Shown here: one piece after another, positions 1 through 11,913 of the stretch
How the letters are laid out: each line of letters starts with the position of its first letter
Position numbering within the stretch: position 1 is the first letter of the stretch
Assembly: GCA_900088475.1 (NCBI GenBank)
Contig: FLMG01004242.1
Location: 1 to 64,000, forward strand
DNA length: 64,000 bases
Source: Hyphochytrium catenoides
Lineage: Eukaryota > Protista > Hyphochytriomycota
Reading direction: 5' to 3'
Made by a program: the position numbers and the translations under genes
The notes under the pieces: model-generated
Seen by the model: the letters and a program-made list of their open reading frames with translations, nothing else
What the model was told of the DNA's origin: nothing
The model's database searches: none

Positions 1-291
1 GAGAGGCAGGGAAGGCGTTCAGGGCTAAGAGAGTCGAGGCCAAACGGACGGAACCCGTCCACGACAAGCACCCTATAGTCTCCAGCGCAGCCACCTCGAC
101 TGGGCCAGTCCGGACTGAGAGAGAGATTAAGACCCAAGGACTGGAACCTTCTTCCTCTCAAAAAAGCCAAGACACTCATAGAAAAAAAGCAGAGACGAAG
201 TAGCGCAAGATAGAACAGGAGGAAGCGATATAAACGCCAGGAAGGGGAGGGTAGCAGCGGAGAACAAGCAGTGCACAGGCACAGCGCCAAC

Positions 292-3200
292 ATGCCTCCT
301 AAAAAGGATGCGAAGAAGGGCAAGGCTAAGGTAGTGCAAGGGTGTTGAGCGTCTCCTCCTTCAACTTCAATCCTCTCCTCTTCTTTCCTTTCTCAATGTC
401 TCCATGCTGCTTCAACCTCATCATATATCCCTATAACAATCCCGGCATATGTCCCCTGACTTGAGACTAGTCTCTCCTTCCCATCTGTCCATGCATTTCT
501 CTCTTCTGCTGGGGTGGGGTTCTTCTCGGTCCAACTTAAGCAAATCTTCTGTAGGCTTCGGCCGACGAGCCCAGTGGGGACTTTATCACCTCAGGTGGGC
601 GACCATTTACTCGCCGCTGTTATAGTCCATCCCTGTTCTTAACTAGTTGTTCCTGTCGCGGTCTGTCTGGGCCCATGGAATCCTTTTCTCTCTCCCCTGG
701 TCTTTCTCACATCTGTGTCCTCCGCTATTGTCTCCTCTCCCTGTTCTCTTCCTCTTACTTCCTCTCTCTACTCTCATTCCTTCTTCTCTCTCTCTCGCTT
801 TCTCTTTCCTGTGTGTGTGTATCTCTGATCTCTCCTGCCGGACTCGTTTCCATGCGTGTCTCTCTCTCTCTTCTCGTTTCTTTTTCCTCGTTCTTCACCT
901 TTCTTATCAACTTTGGCGGTCCCACCGTAGAGTATGATAACATGTCCGTGGAGATGCTGAGAGAAGTGGTGGAGATGCTGAGGCAGCAGCTGGAGAAGGC
1001 ACAGCTTGAACGGAACTACGTCCAGCTGGAGAGAGTAAGTGTATAACCTCGTCCCCTTTCGCCTTTCCAGACACCACTCTGCTACGACATCACGTTCTTC
1101 CTGAACCCTTCTCACTTCCGACCCGCCATATACAGCGAATGACTTGTCCTTTTGCCTCGAGGGAGCCTTCACATGTTCCCTCTCCCATAGAGAGCGCTCT
1201 CTCTTTTCTTATGTCCATGGTCTGATTAGAGGGTGCAACGTGAAATACTTTCCAATTACTCCGTGTCAGTAGCCTCCATTTCCTAGGTTCTGCATTGTTT
1301 GCTCTCTATTCCTTTATGTGCCTGGTATTTTAATGCAGTCTTCTCTTTACGTTCGTCGCCCCATCCTTGGTCTGCAGGATGCTGTGCAGACGTATTCAGA
1401 GATCACGCACAAGGAGGTAGAGGACATAAAGCAGCAGATTCTGCTGAAGGATCAAGAGATGGAACAGATCCTAGAGAATCACAAAGTAGAAGTTAAGGTG
1501 AGCTAGCGATAGACAGAAAGACTAGGTTTTCTCTCTCGTCCGTTCGCCTTGTTGCTCTTTGTGCTTTCTCCTGGTTGCCCGTTGTCTCTTTTACTTCTTT
1601 CCCCCTGTCATCATCATTTCCAATCATCACTGCTCTTTCACATGCAACCTGACTTCGTTTTGGTTTGGTGCCTCCGTTTAGCCTCAGTAACCTCGTACTT
1701 TTCCTTCCCCAATGGTCGTCAGGTGTACATCCAGAAAGTGAAGCACCTGGAGTATGAGCATAAGAACCGGTTGCAACAGCTGAAGGAGCAAAGTAATGGT
1801 GTGCTAGAGGATGAAAAGGACATCCACTCCAAGAGAGAACGCGATCTGAAGGTACAGAAGAGAGCACTCAAGGACGACCTCGCGGAGAGAAGGAAAGCCT
1901 ACGAAGAAGAGGTAAGCAGCTTTAGTTCTCTCTTTCTTACTCTCCGTCGGTTTCTTCAATCTCCTTGTCCCGTACGCGGTATTCTTCGACTTTCTTTTCT
2001 CGATGTATTTGCTTCCTTTGCGTCTTCTACCGTGCCTTTCCCTGATCAGCCGGTGTATACCGATGTTTGAGGCTCTGGGGCTTATGGTTCTTTTCGTTTG
2101 ATGAGTCGAATGCCATAAACCATGTGTGTGGATCGACTTTGCCTGCATGTGATCCTAGGGTGGGACTTGTACCCCTTGTCTGTGGAAGCTCATCAGCCCC
2201 TCTTCCTGCAATCTTTCCTCTGTTGCCGTAGATCACACAGCTGAAAGAGCTCCATGAGAAGAACATCTCAAAGCTTAGAGAAGAGTTTTCTCGATCTCTC
2301 TCTGCGATGCAAGACAAATGTGATAGCCGTCTCTCACAGCTACGAAGAGACCTTGAGCTAAGAGGGAAGGTAGACATCCACGAGATTGAAGAGAGGAAAA
2401 ATCTGCATATAAACGACCTAGTCAAGAACCACGAGGAAGCCTTCAAGCAGATAAAAACGTATTACAATGGGATCACGCATGACAATCTTAAGCTGATTAA
2501 GGCTCTCAAGGTAAGAAGGAACACTCAGGGAGCCGGAGTCAACTACATGTCAGCAGCGGAGAGAGAGAGAGCCAGGGAGAGAAGAAGAAACCCATGGAGG
2601 CAGACAGAGGGAAAGAAGGTTGATTAGAGATATCTGTGGGGCACAATATGTATTATACGTAGGTGTACTCGGTTCTTCTTATGCGGCTCTCGACCGTTTG
2701 TCCAACACGTTCCATTCCCTTCGGAGACATCCTGACGCGACCTGCCCAACATGCTTCTCGGCTCCTCTTCATTCTGCCTCTTTCCTATCATGTCTCTTCC
2801 CTTCCTGCAGGAGGAGATCTCCGACATGAAACGAAAGAAGACACAGAATGAGAAGCTCATGTATGAGATTGCTCTGGAGAACAAACGTCTCTCTGAGCCT
2901 CTGCAAGCTGCACTGGCCCAGGTGGAGCGCCTCAAGTACGAGCTGAAGGACGAAGTACGTACTTTCTCTATCTCTTCTCTTTCTTTCCCCATATCTTTTC
3001 TTGTGAAGTCCACCGCTCCTGCCCGCTAGCTGCTTCTTCTTTCTGTCCCGCATCACCTTCCCCGCAGACGGACTGACTCTAAGCGTTTGTTAACCACTTC
3101 CTTTGGCTTTATAGGAGAAGGATCGTCTTTGTCTTCGCAACGCCAAGGCTCGATATCAAGCGTTGGAAGAGAATCTCAGAAAGCTCAAAGGAGACCGCTT

Positions 3201-3908
3201 ACGATTAGAAGAAGCCTTTGCTGGGGTGGAGAGAGAGAGAGATGAGATGTATATGACGTTTGAGGAGACGATCAGGACAATCCAGCAGAAGACGGACTTC
3301 AAGAATCTCATTTTAGAGAGGAAGGTGGACCAGCAAATGGCTGACTTTGAAGCTAGAGATTCACAGATTAAGGAGGTACTATGCACCGATACTCTTCTCA
3401 TATCCCTCTTCTGTGGTTCGATAACTCTTCTTTACCTCTCTTCATATGTTCTCTGCAGGTATGCTTCTCTGTCCGTCGGCTCTTACTTTCTTCTGTGGGC
3501 GTCCTATAACGAGTCCCCTATGTATCGACCAAGACTGTCGTTCACCTCTCTAAAGAGATTTGGCCCCTTAGCATTATATCTCATCGTTCCTCTCAGCTAC
3601 TTCTGAAACATCCTTGGCGCTTTATGTGGCTCTGTTTCTTCTAGGTTCTGGCAACCGCGAATCTCGACCCCGTGGAGATGAACAAGATCTCTATGGAGCT
3701 GAAGACTATGATTGGAGAGCGGAACAAGCTAATTCGAGGCCTGCAGTACGAGGTCCTAAAGTCAGGGAAGGCCTTCAACGACACGCTGGGGACGTACAAG
3801 TCCAAGCTGATGAAGCTCGGCATCCCCGAGGAGGAGATAGATCAGCTTGGGTTCCGGCCTATAGCCATACAAGCAGGCGCAGGACCGGCCAACCTTGTCT
3901 CAGGATGA
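292..3908 (+). CDS. GAS8: Dynein regulatory complex subunit 4 (GAS8/trypanin), multi-exon
   Basis: Spliced exons read MPPKKDAKKGKAK...ERNYVQLER|DAVQTYSEIT...ENHKVEVK|VYIQKVKHLEYEHKN...IHEIEERKNLHINDLVKNHEEAFKQIKTYYNGITHDNLKLIKALK...ENKRLSEPL...IQQKTDFKNLILERK...KLGIPEEEIDQLGFRP. These are typical GAS8/DRC4 motifs, joined by GT-AG introns. Confidence 0.95.
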
Positions 3909-4224
3909 AAGAAAGAGTATACTATGGGTCATAAAAAGAATCAGAAGTCTAATCAATGGGTCATGCTGAAGCGAACTAACAGCGCAGAGAGGAGAATATG
4001 AAGTCCATCGGCTGTCATCGTCGTGTCTGATGAATTGTTTGGCTATACGCTGGAGCTTCTCACGCTAACTCACCTGCCCTCGTCGCGCAGTGCTCTAATA
4101 TTATCAATGGGGGAAGGGGAGTAAAACATCAGTAAAATGGGGAGGAAGAGCAGCCTGTGTGGCCGTTTGCGGCTACCTCCGTAACGGACCATATGTGAAG
4201 ATGCGACAGAAGCAAGCAAGCGCT

Positions 4225-4250
4225 GCTCTTCCCTTCTCTCTCTCTTTCTA

Positions 4251-4297
<47 letters not shown>

Positions 4298-4306
4298 CTC
4301 TCTATC

Positions 4307-4368
<62 letters not shown>

Positions 4369-4410
4369 CTCTCTCTTTCTCTCTCTTTCCGCTCTCTCTT
4401 TCTCTCTCCT
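4225..4410. repeat. Compound (CT)n/(CTAT)n/(CTTT)n microsatellite
   Basis: Directly visible upstream of the EutBC start codon. Confidence 0.95.
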
Positions 4411-4703
4411 CAGATTCTGATCAATCTCTGGCTCAATAGTCCTGTCTCCGCTTAATCTCCTGACGTGCTTCTCGTCGCTTTTCTCTTGCTTCTTTCCGAA
4501 CGTCCAGTTTCAGTTCCCAAGCATATGATACCGCACGCTAGTAGTGACGTACTCTGTAGCAAAGGACGGAACCGCAAGAGAGTAAGCTACTCTCTCTGTC
4601 TCTCTGTCCGTCACTTTGAGTTATTGAGACTTCAGATAGCCGGGGGGCAAGAGTTCTTGCTTTACACTCTCTCTGACACTTGATCTGACCCTTGTGAAGC
4701 AGT

Positions 4704-7700
4704 ATGGCGCAACCTCTCACTCCTGAAGCCGCCCGCAAGCTCTTCGGGTATGCAAATGACTTCAAGGAAGGTGATGCTACCATACACGTTGCAGCCCCTA
4801 CAGACGGGGAGAGAGAGAAAGCCCGGGCTCTTCTCTCTTCACTTCGGCTTGGGGACATCAAGAGTGAAGATTTTGTTGAGGATGAAGTGACCATGCTCTC
4901 TAAGAAGGGCCTGGATGACGAGGCTCATCGACGCACCCTTGGTTGGACGGTTGGAGAGCTAAGAGCCTTTCTCCTTCGTGCGCCTGAAGAAGAGATCAAG
5001 GCTGTTGCTGCTGGGCTGACGAGTGAGGTCATTGCTGCTGTGTGCAAGCTCATGACCAACGCAGGTGAGCGAGCAGGGAGAGAAATGAAGTCAGAGAGAG
5101 TATGGATCTTGTGATGGAACCCCACATACAAAGTTAGGATGAAAGAGACAGAAGCGAGAGACGAGAGAGTGAGAGAAAGAAAGAGAATGACCGGGAAAGA
5201 GAGGGATTTAAAGGACAGAGAGAGAAAGAGTAGATAGACAGAGCGAGGAAGAGCGAGAGAGACAGAAAGAGAGCGGAGAAAGAAGGAAAGGGGGAGAGAG
5301 GAGAACAGAGCACAAACGAGTGGCGGTCAACGCGAACTAATAGAGATGAAGGAATGAGAAACTAGGACGGACAAAGGGAAGAGCGTCACATGAGATGTAC
5401 TAGAGAGGAGAGAGAAATCCAGGAGAGAGAAAACCGTGGAAACCCATTGAGCCGCAGGCACACTACTTATCGGTTCTCCTAACAACAGAGCTCAAGACCG
5501 TCTCAAGCAAGATCTACAATCCACTCCCCAATTCGACTGTGGGTGCCAAGGGCTACTTTGGCTCCAGGCTGCAGCCCAACAGTCCCACTGATGGTTAGTG
5601 AAGTCAAGAGAACTAAAAGAGCTAAAGAGAAGTCGGAAAGAGAGAAATAGAGCGAGCGAGAGGACAAGCGAGAGAGAGAGAGACAGGAAGAGAGACAGAA
5701 GAGAGATCGGGGAGGACAAGAGCGAGAGAGAGCGAGAGAGCAAGGGAGACAGTGAGAGAGAAAGAAAGAGAGAGAGGACGTTGAGAAGCCAATCGTGCAA
5801 TCTCTCGCCTTAGTTCAGCGCATTTATCAGTTTCCCTTCGTGTTCTGTCTGTTCCTTAACTACTTTAGAGACTCGTATAGTTATCCTCTTTCTCTCAGCT
5901 GTGATTAAGCCTAATCTTGCGGCCCTTTTGCAGACCCTGAAGAGATACTGTTCGCCACACTAGAAGGCCTTTCATACGGCTGTGGAGACGTGATCCTGGG
6001 CATTAACCCTGTGGCCAGTGATCACCCTAGCGTCACAGCCCTAGAGAAGTGTATGAGGAGGGTCTGGGAAGCCTTCAAGCTGCAGGACAAGACGACCTAC
6101 TGCGTGCTGGTAAGATTAAGGCACATTGTCATACTTCTCTCTACGTTATTCTTCACTGCTCAAGTTCTGGCTTGGGCCTGAGCTTAGCCCGTAACATCGC
6201 GTGTGAACGACCTTTCCGTCTCTTTCCAGGCGCACATTGACGATCAGGCAGCTGTTGATGATGGACAAGGACTTGTGCAATGCCTCTTCCAGAGTATNNN
6301 NNNNNNNNNNNNNNNNNNNNNNNNNNNNNNNNNNNNNNNNNNNNNNNNNNNNNNNNNNNNNNNNNNNNNNNNNNNNNNNNNNNNNNNNNNNNNNNNNCGA
6401 GCATACGGTCTGGCTCGAGCGCTAAAGAAAATGACAGGTTAGGAAAAAAGCAGCAAGGAGGATGATGAGAAAGAGAGAGAGATGAGACGGTTGACCGTGA
6501 AAGTCCCTCTTAATGTGCTCGCAAGAGATTCTCTCTCTCTCTCTTCTCCTTATCTTGGCACATGCAAAGCACTTCCCTGATGTTGTTGGCCTCTGGGTGT
6601 TCCATTCCTGGTTAAGTAACTGTCTTTCTCCTTCCTTCTGCTCCCTCTTCCATCAACTAGGGTCTTGGACCATTGTCAACGATGTAGCGGGATTCATTGG
6701 CCCAGAGGTTTTCCGCTCTCCTGCTCAGCTGACCCGCGCTTGTTTGGAAGATCTGTTCATGGGCAAACTACACGGACTAACAATGGGACTGGATATTTGT
6801 TCCACGTACCACATGGGCGTATCAATAGAGGAGATTGAAAGAGTGCAGGAGGAGGTGATGGAGGCCGGTACGGCTTATTATATGGCTGTTCCAGGACGAA
6901 ACGACCCGATGCTAAGCTATATCACGACGGGCTTTAGAGACCATCCACGGCTGAGGAAAAAGTTTGGAAGGCAAGTGTCGAAGGAGATGAAGAGCTTCTT
7001 TGAGGAGGTTGGGATCATGACTGGCGATGGGGAACTCACGCAGAATGTAAGAAAAATGATGGGAGTACCTCTTCTCGGTGTCTACTTCTAGATTGGCACG
7101 GATTGTTCCTTCAGTGAGGCTATTATATGAGGCTCTATAGCTTGGCTTCGTTCATATCCCCGCCATCACATCTCTTTACGGCGTGCCTGTCATAGGTTCT
7201 GGATCTGCATCTATGGAGCTCATGGCCACTGACCATTTCTTAGACTTACTGCTATTCGCTCTAACCTTGTTGCATACATTATTGCTTCCTTCCAATCTTC
7301 TGATTCCTTTATGATGGATCAGGGAGGAAACACAGCCTATATGTACATGAAGTTAAGACAGGCTGAAGGAGACTCCAGACCTCCTGCTCTTCTTATTGAA
7401 GAGGCAGACAGGACGCTCAAGAAACTCCAAGCCCGAGGTCTAGATCTAGGCTATGGCCACGATGGCACCTACGGAATGCCGTCTCACATTGAAGAGAAGC
7501 TTTTCAAGCTATATAACAACGCCAAAGAGGTCATTTACCTCTCCCTTTCGGAGGGCTTTGAAGAGGTGAGAATGAGAGCTTTAGGTGGTTCATATTTACT
7601 CTCATCACGATTCTCTCAACTTATCTAGCCTAGCTGCCTTCGTTATCTGTCCTATCTGCCTTGATCTCTTTGCTAAAGGCAGACCCTCAATAGTCATTTC

Positions 7701-8915
7701 CCTGCTGTGTCAGCTTTCCCTGTTTTCTCGCACTCTTACCCCCTACACGGCGCCACAACTTCCTACTTCAGTGCCGCAGGAAGCCACTGGTGGTCTCTAC
7801 CGTTGCGACAAACAGGGAAGAGTACGTACTTCGACCGGTCTCGGGAGAGCAGCTTAGCAATCCTTCTATTCTGTCTCTAAAAAGATTCAGAGTAGAAGAG
7901 ATCGAAGCCAATCACTGCAACGCGGTCATTATCTTCAGTGACGGTCTCAACGCTCACTCCCTAGAGAGGCCCGACCAGGTAAGGTCCATCTTGGTTTATC
8001 TCTCGTCGGCCCTAGAGTCAGGATAATCCTGCTCGCTATAATCGTGCGATATAATGCTCTACTTTGTTCTTGCTATTGGATGCTATTCAAATGCTCCTGC
8101 GTCCACTTACCTGCTCTTCCCCTTTCTATTACTTTCTTCTTCCTTGGCCCGCAACGCTTACCCTAGGTGTCGGAACTCGTGAAAGTGTTGGAGGCAGGCT
8201 GCGCAGAGAGAGGTCTGAAGCTAGCGAGGGAGATCGTGTTGAGAAATGGAAGAGTCCGCGCTGGCTACGCAATCGGTAAGGTAACAGGAGAACAAGAAGA
8301 TAGATCAGAGCAATGCATACGGAGCGACCTAGAGCCATCTTGCATCTACTGCAAATGAGGGCCATTGATGATCCTGGGAGGTAGAGAGAAGGGGAGGGAT
8401 GAAAACAGAAGGAATCTAAAAGGACAACAAGGGTTAGAGACAAGCTTGGGAGAGCCTCTACTTTTGAACAAGGAGAACCTTAGAGCAAAACCGAGGTTTC
8501 TCATTGCGCTCGATTAATAGGCCAGCTACTCTTTGGAGGCGCCCCACTGACGACGAAGTATGGCAGCGCCGGAGAAGAGAAGAAAAGAGAAGAGGTGAAG
8601 GAGCGGGCTACCGTCTTTCATATCATCGGAGAGAGGCCGGGCAATGGTAACAACACGTATTCTGTCTACATCTCGTCTGTGGACCGAAAAGCCTGGGAGC
8701 TCGGCATCACGCACGACGTGGTCAAGGTAGTCTGCGGGATATCCTATAGTGCGTTGCACCCCAAGCGGGCCGGAGCTGACTGTCTAGATGTGGTGGATGA
8801 GCTACTCAAGAGGCCTTCTTCACGTCATCTCCCAACCCCTCCTCAGCTGACGCCGTCTACCTCAAAGCGGAGCGTCACTTGGAGCAAGAGCTGCAGTTCC
8901 AAGAGTCTCACCTAA
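4704..8915 (+). CDS. eutBC: Ethanolamine ammonia-lyase, fused large (EutB) and small (EutC) subunits; at least 8 introns; interrupted by an assembly gap
   Basis: Exons approx. 4704-5064, 5489-5593, 5934-6109, 6230-(gap)-6437, 6661-7046, 7323-7565, 7772-7978, 8167-8280, 8526-8915. EutB motifs: ANDFKEGD, GLTSEVIAAVCKLM, SRLQPNSPTD, EGLSYGCGDVILGINP, CVLAHI, LFQS, VNDVAGFIGPE, LEDLFMGKLHGLTMGLDIC, NDPMLSY. EutC motifs: REEYVLRPVSG, IIFSDGLNAHS, NGRVRAG, IIGERPG, YSVYI. Confidence 0.92.
6298..6397. other. Assembly gap (100 N) inside the EutB coding region
   Basis: Run of N. The conserved EutB YFETGQG segment is expected to fall here. Confidence 0.99.
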
Positions 8916-9583
8916 GCCGTATTCTTCCAATTACTGTGCGAGTTGCCTCGACAACCCCTTCACTAGATAGGATAGAGCTTAGGGCAGCCGAGCAGCGACT
9001 GGTGTCATGAAGGCCAGATATATACGACCTGTAAAGCAGAGTAATGAAGAGGATAAATATACCTCTCGCTCAATGATCTCCAATAGGAAGTTAGCCACCA
9101 AACGCCCAAAGCCTTTCCCTTGTACATCATGATAGTGCAATGCAGGTCGGAAGTAGCCCAATATCAAGGCTCGTGATAGACGCCGGGCACCAAGTCATCC
9201 CGGCAATCCAGATGAATAAACTGGTATGGTGGTAGAATGTTGCCACACCGCAGGCTCAACGTACAGAGGATCGGCGGGAGCAGCTGCCGTCCAAATCATA
9301 ATAAACCAAGGGGGAGCGGACAGAGAGATTTTGTGAAGCAGTTTAGAGTAGGTGCGGTGCTTTCTGCGCAGAAAGAAGGAGTGGTAGAATCTTACCCTAC
9401 GTGCAGCTGCATGAATGGGAACTACATGGCTTGGCTTGTAGGGTCAGAAAACTACTGGTCGATTCTGAAGGCAGCAAGAAAGATTGTATGATGATGCAAC
9501 AATACTTGGGCCTTTCATTAATGTTGGACATGAGGTTATTATCGCCTTGCTGGGCCTCTCAGAATGGCCTTTGCGGTGATTAA

Positions 9584-10675
9584 TCAGCAGCAGGCTCCGC
9601 TCGATGTTGCCGGGAGCGGCATGCTCGACTTACTGTCATCGCAAGGGAAGAGGCCAAAGTGCTTAGAACGGTCGCCACTTACGGTGAAGTGATCCTTGAG
9701 ATATGTCTCTGAAAGCATGCTAGCGGTATTGCCACAGACTAGAAGAGGCTTATGAGCCTCAAAGCTGTGCTTCTCATCAAGGACGTAAAGTTGCTCATGA
9801 CCGCGAATTGTTCCCTTGTAGACCGCGACTTGACCATAGTCTTCACAGGTGGTCTCCAAGGTATCAAGTTTAAAAAGCCTGAAAGTCATTGAGTAGAAGG
9901 TCACGGCCGGCCCTACAAGCTGACTCAGCTCCTCGTCGATAATGTCAATAGGCGTACAAGATACCCGGCGAGGGTCGGTGAACCCAACTTGATGACATAG
10001 TCGATAGAAGTCTTGCACGTACAGAGCACCCCCAAGACATTCCCCAAGCATAACTTCATGACTTTTGAGCTCCTCTGAAAGCCGCCTGGATGCAAAACAG
10101 TCAGAGAAGAAGAACTCTCCTCCCGGCTTCAGGAGGTCGTACACTCCTTTCAGCACGAGGTCTTTTCGAGGCGACAGGTTGAGCACACAATTGGAGATAC
10201 AAAGATCAATAGTTTCTGCTTCCAGGCCAGTCTGAGAGAGAAACTCGATAAGTCCTTTCTGAAAACTGAGGTTTGGCTCCCAGCCTAGGTTAGCAGCGAA
10301 GGCCTTGATACTTTGCCTTGCTGTAAGGAGCTGTTCATCGGTCATATCGACGCCAATCACCTTGCCCTTCGGACCCACAAGCGCTGCGGCTACATAACAA
10401 TCTTGACCCGATCCTGAGCCTAGGTCGAGAACTGTGAGCCCTTCAATGCCGCCAGGTAAGACGGAGCCGCAACCATAGTACTTGGCCTTCACCTCCTTCG
10501 GAACGAGCTGAAGAAGTTCAAGGATCTGTCTGGTTGGTTTAGTCTTGTTGGTGCATGCACTCGTCTTCAGATCGCTGGTTGAGCTCAACACTCGTCCGTA
10601 GTACTTTTGGACTGCTTCGTGCTGCTGATCCGATGTTGCATCTTCCTGGATAGAGCCGCCTTTTTGCTCGACCAT
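9584..10675 (-). CDS. arsM: Arsenite S-adenosylmethionine methyltransferase (ArsM/AS3MT), 363 aa, no intron in the CDS
   Basis: VQKYYG..LKTSAC, YYGCG, LDLGSGSGQDCY (SAM-binding motif I), GVDMTDEQL, ISNCVLNL, LKPGGEFFFSD, GECLGGALY, FRLFKL, CEDYGQVAVYKGTI, VCGNTA, HFGLF and a C-terminal CC. The As-binding cysteines typical of the family are present. Confidence 0.96.
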   Translation of the reverse strand: MVEQKGGSIQEDATSDQQHEAVQKYYGRVLSSTSDLKTSACTNKTKPTRQILELLQLVPKEVKAKYYGCGSVLPGGIEGLTVLDLGSGSGQDCYVAAALVGPKGKVIGVDMTDEQLLTARQSIKAFAANLGWEPNLSFQKGLIEFLSQTGLEAETIDLCISNCVLNLSPRKDLVLKGVYDLLKPGGEFFFSDCFASRRLSEELKSHEVMLGECLGGALYVQDFYRLCHQVGFTDPRRVSCTPIDIIDEELSQLVGPAVTFYSMTFRLFKLDTLETTCEDYGQVAVYKGTIRGHEQLYVLDEKHSFEAHKPLLVCGNTASMLSETYLKDHFTVSGDRSKHFGLFPCDDSKSSMPLPATSSGACC

Positions 10676-11174
10676 CCTTTCTACCTTGTTGTTGAAGGGT
10701 TCTGTTCTGGAAGGATGCTACTGGGGCTCGCCGCGTCCTAACACCTTGGTATTTCAAGGCTGGGAAAACGCGAGAAGAAGGTCCGATGTTCTTGTTGGCG
10801 GATGCCTGCTGGTAGCCTGCTGGTGGGGAAGCTGATCTCACACGGACACGCGCAGGGAGAGGAAGACCGAGCCAATACTCCGCCGTGCTCGTACTACCTG
10901 GAAAGAGGATTAAATCAGAAACTCACTTCGCGCAGCAGACATTGGGAAAGAGAGTCTCTCTCATCATCAAATATTATCATTGGTCACTGCCTTCTACTCT
11001 CGTTCTCCACACCATTAGCAGCTTCAGGACCATCCTCTTCCCTCTTCAACTGGTGCCATTGATCACCGCTGCTGTGCTGCTGCTTCAGGACTCCTCGCTC
11101 CCTTCAAAGATATGTCTTGAAGATGTTGGAAACTCTATGAACGAAACCTCCTCCTTAGCCCCACCTCGTCCCCC

Positions 11175-11510
11175 TCATATAAATCTATAGGGGAAGGTTT
11201 CAATGAAAGGTTTCGATAAAAGAATGTGCAAAGTATATTTCCTCCCTACCGCAGAGCGGTAATGAAGCTTTCAGTCCATTCCATAGTTACCTGGAAAGAT
11301 TCTTCCAACAGGAGGAGGTTATTCTTCCGCCCTCATCTCCTGTGAACTTGCGTAGTATCTCTTCGTCTTTGGAATGTGCGACGGCCCATCGTCGCTGAAG
11401 AAAAGATTCTCACTTTCTAGGATGCTCATCATTGTTCTTTGCTCATTCTCTGCCATCCTGGTGGCCGAGTCTTTGGTCTGGTCGGCTCTCTGGGCTGGCT
11501 CATCACTCAT
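11175..11510 (-). CDS. Candidate small spliced protein (51-60 aa) between arsM and arsS
   Basis: ATG at 11510 in ccaccaATG context. Donor gtgaga at 11413 with acceptor at 11367 (aag) or 11340 (cag), both giving the same frame. Second intron 11290-11185 (gtaact...cccctatag). Product MSDEPAQRADQTKDSATRMAENEQRTMMSILE(NEEILRKFTG or R)DEGGRITSSCWKNLSRFI*. No family recognised. Confidence 0.45.
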
Positions 11511-11913
11511 TGGTGGTCGCCTGTTGCAGCAGGAACTTACTCCCTGACGAGTGTAGGTGGTAGCAAATAGAAGTACTAAGGCGGTTCCTCGTCGGAAGCA
11601 GGCAGCACGAGGTCCTTCTCGCGCAGGTGGCGAGTGGAAGAGGTCCAATCGCTATGACGGCGAAGAATGCTAAAGATAAGAGCAAGCTTTGACGCGACGG
11701 TGATCTAGGAAAGATCCTCTCGCTGAGACGACAACAGCATCAGGCACACAGCTTGAAGCCTCTTCCTCCACCTTGAAGGGAGAGTGGTGTGGGCAGGAGC
11801 CGGAAAAAGTGGAGCTGAGGATTGCCTGGAAAAGATTTATTTGACTGCGAAAGGCTAATAAAGGGCAAAAGCTAGGACTGCTTCCTACTCTGAATACACC
11901 CGACTTGTTAACG

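Noticed and set aside
292-306. GAS8 and OLA1 both begin MPPKK
   Set aside because: This is a common eukaryotic N-terminus (X-P-K methylation consensus) and not evidence of linkage.
9584-9592. Selenocysteine read-through at the arsM CC-TGA end (and at the TGA of the small gene, 11175-11177)
   Set aside because: A C-terminal CC is a normal ArsM ending, the downstream frames are not protein-like, and no SECIS could be identified by eye.
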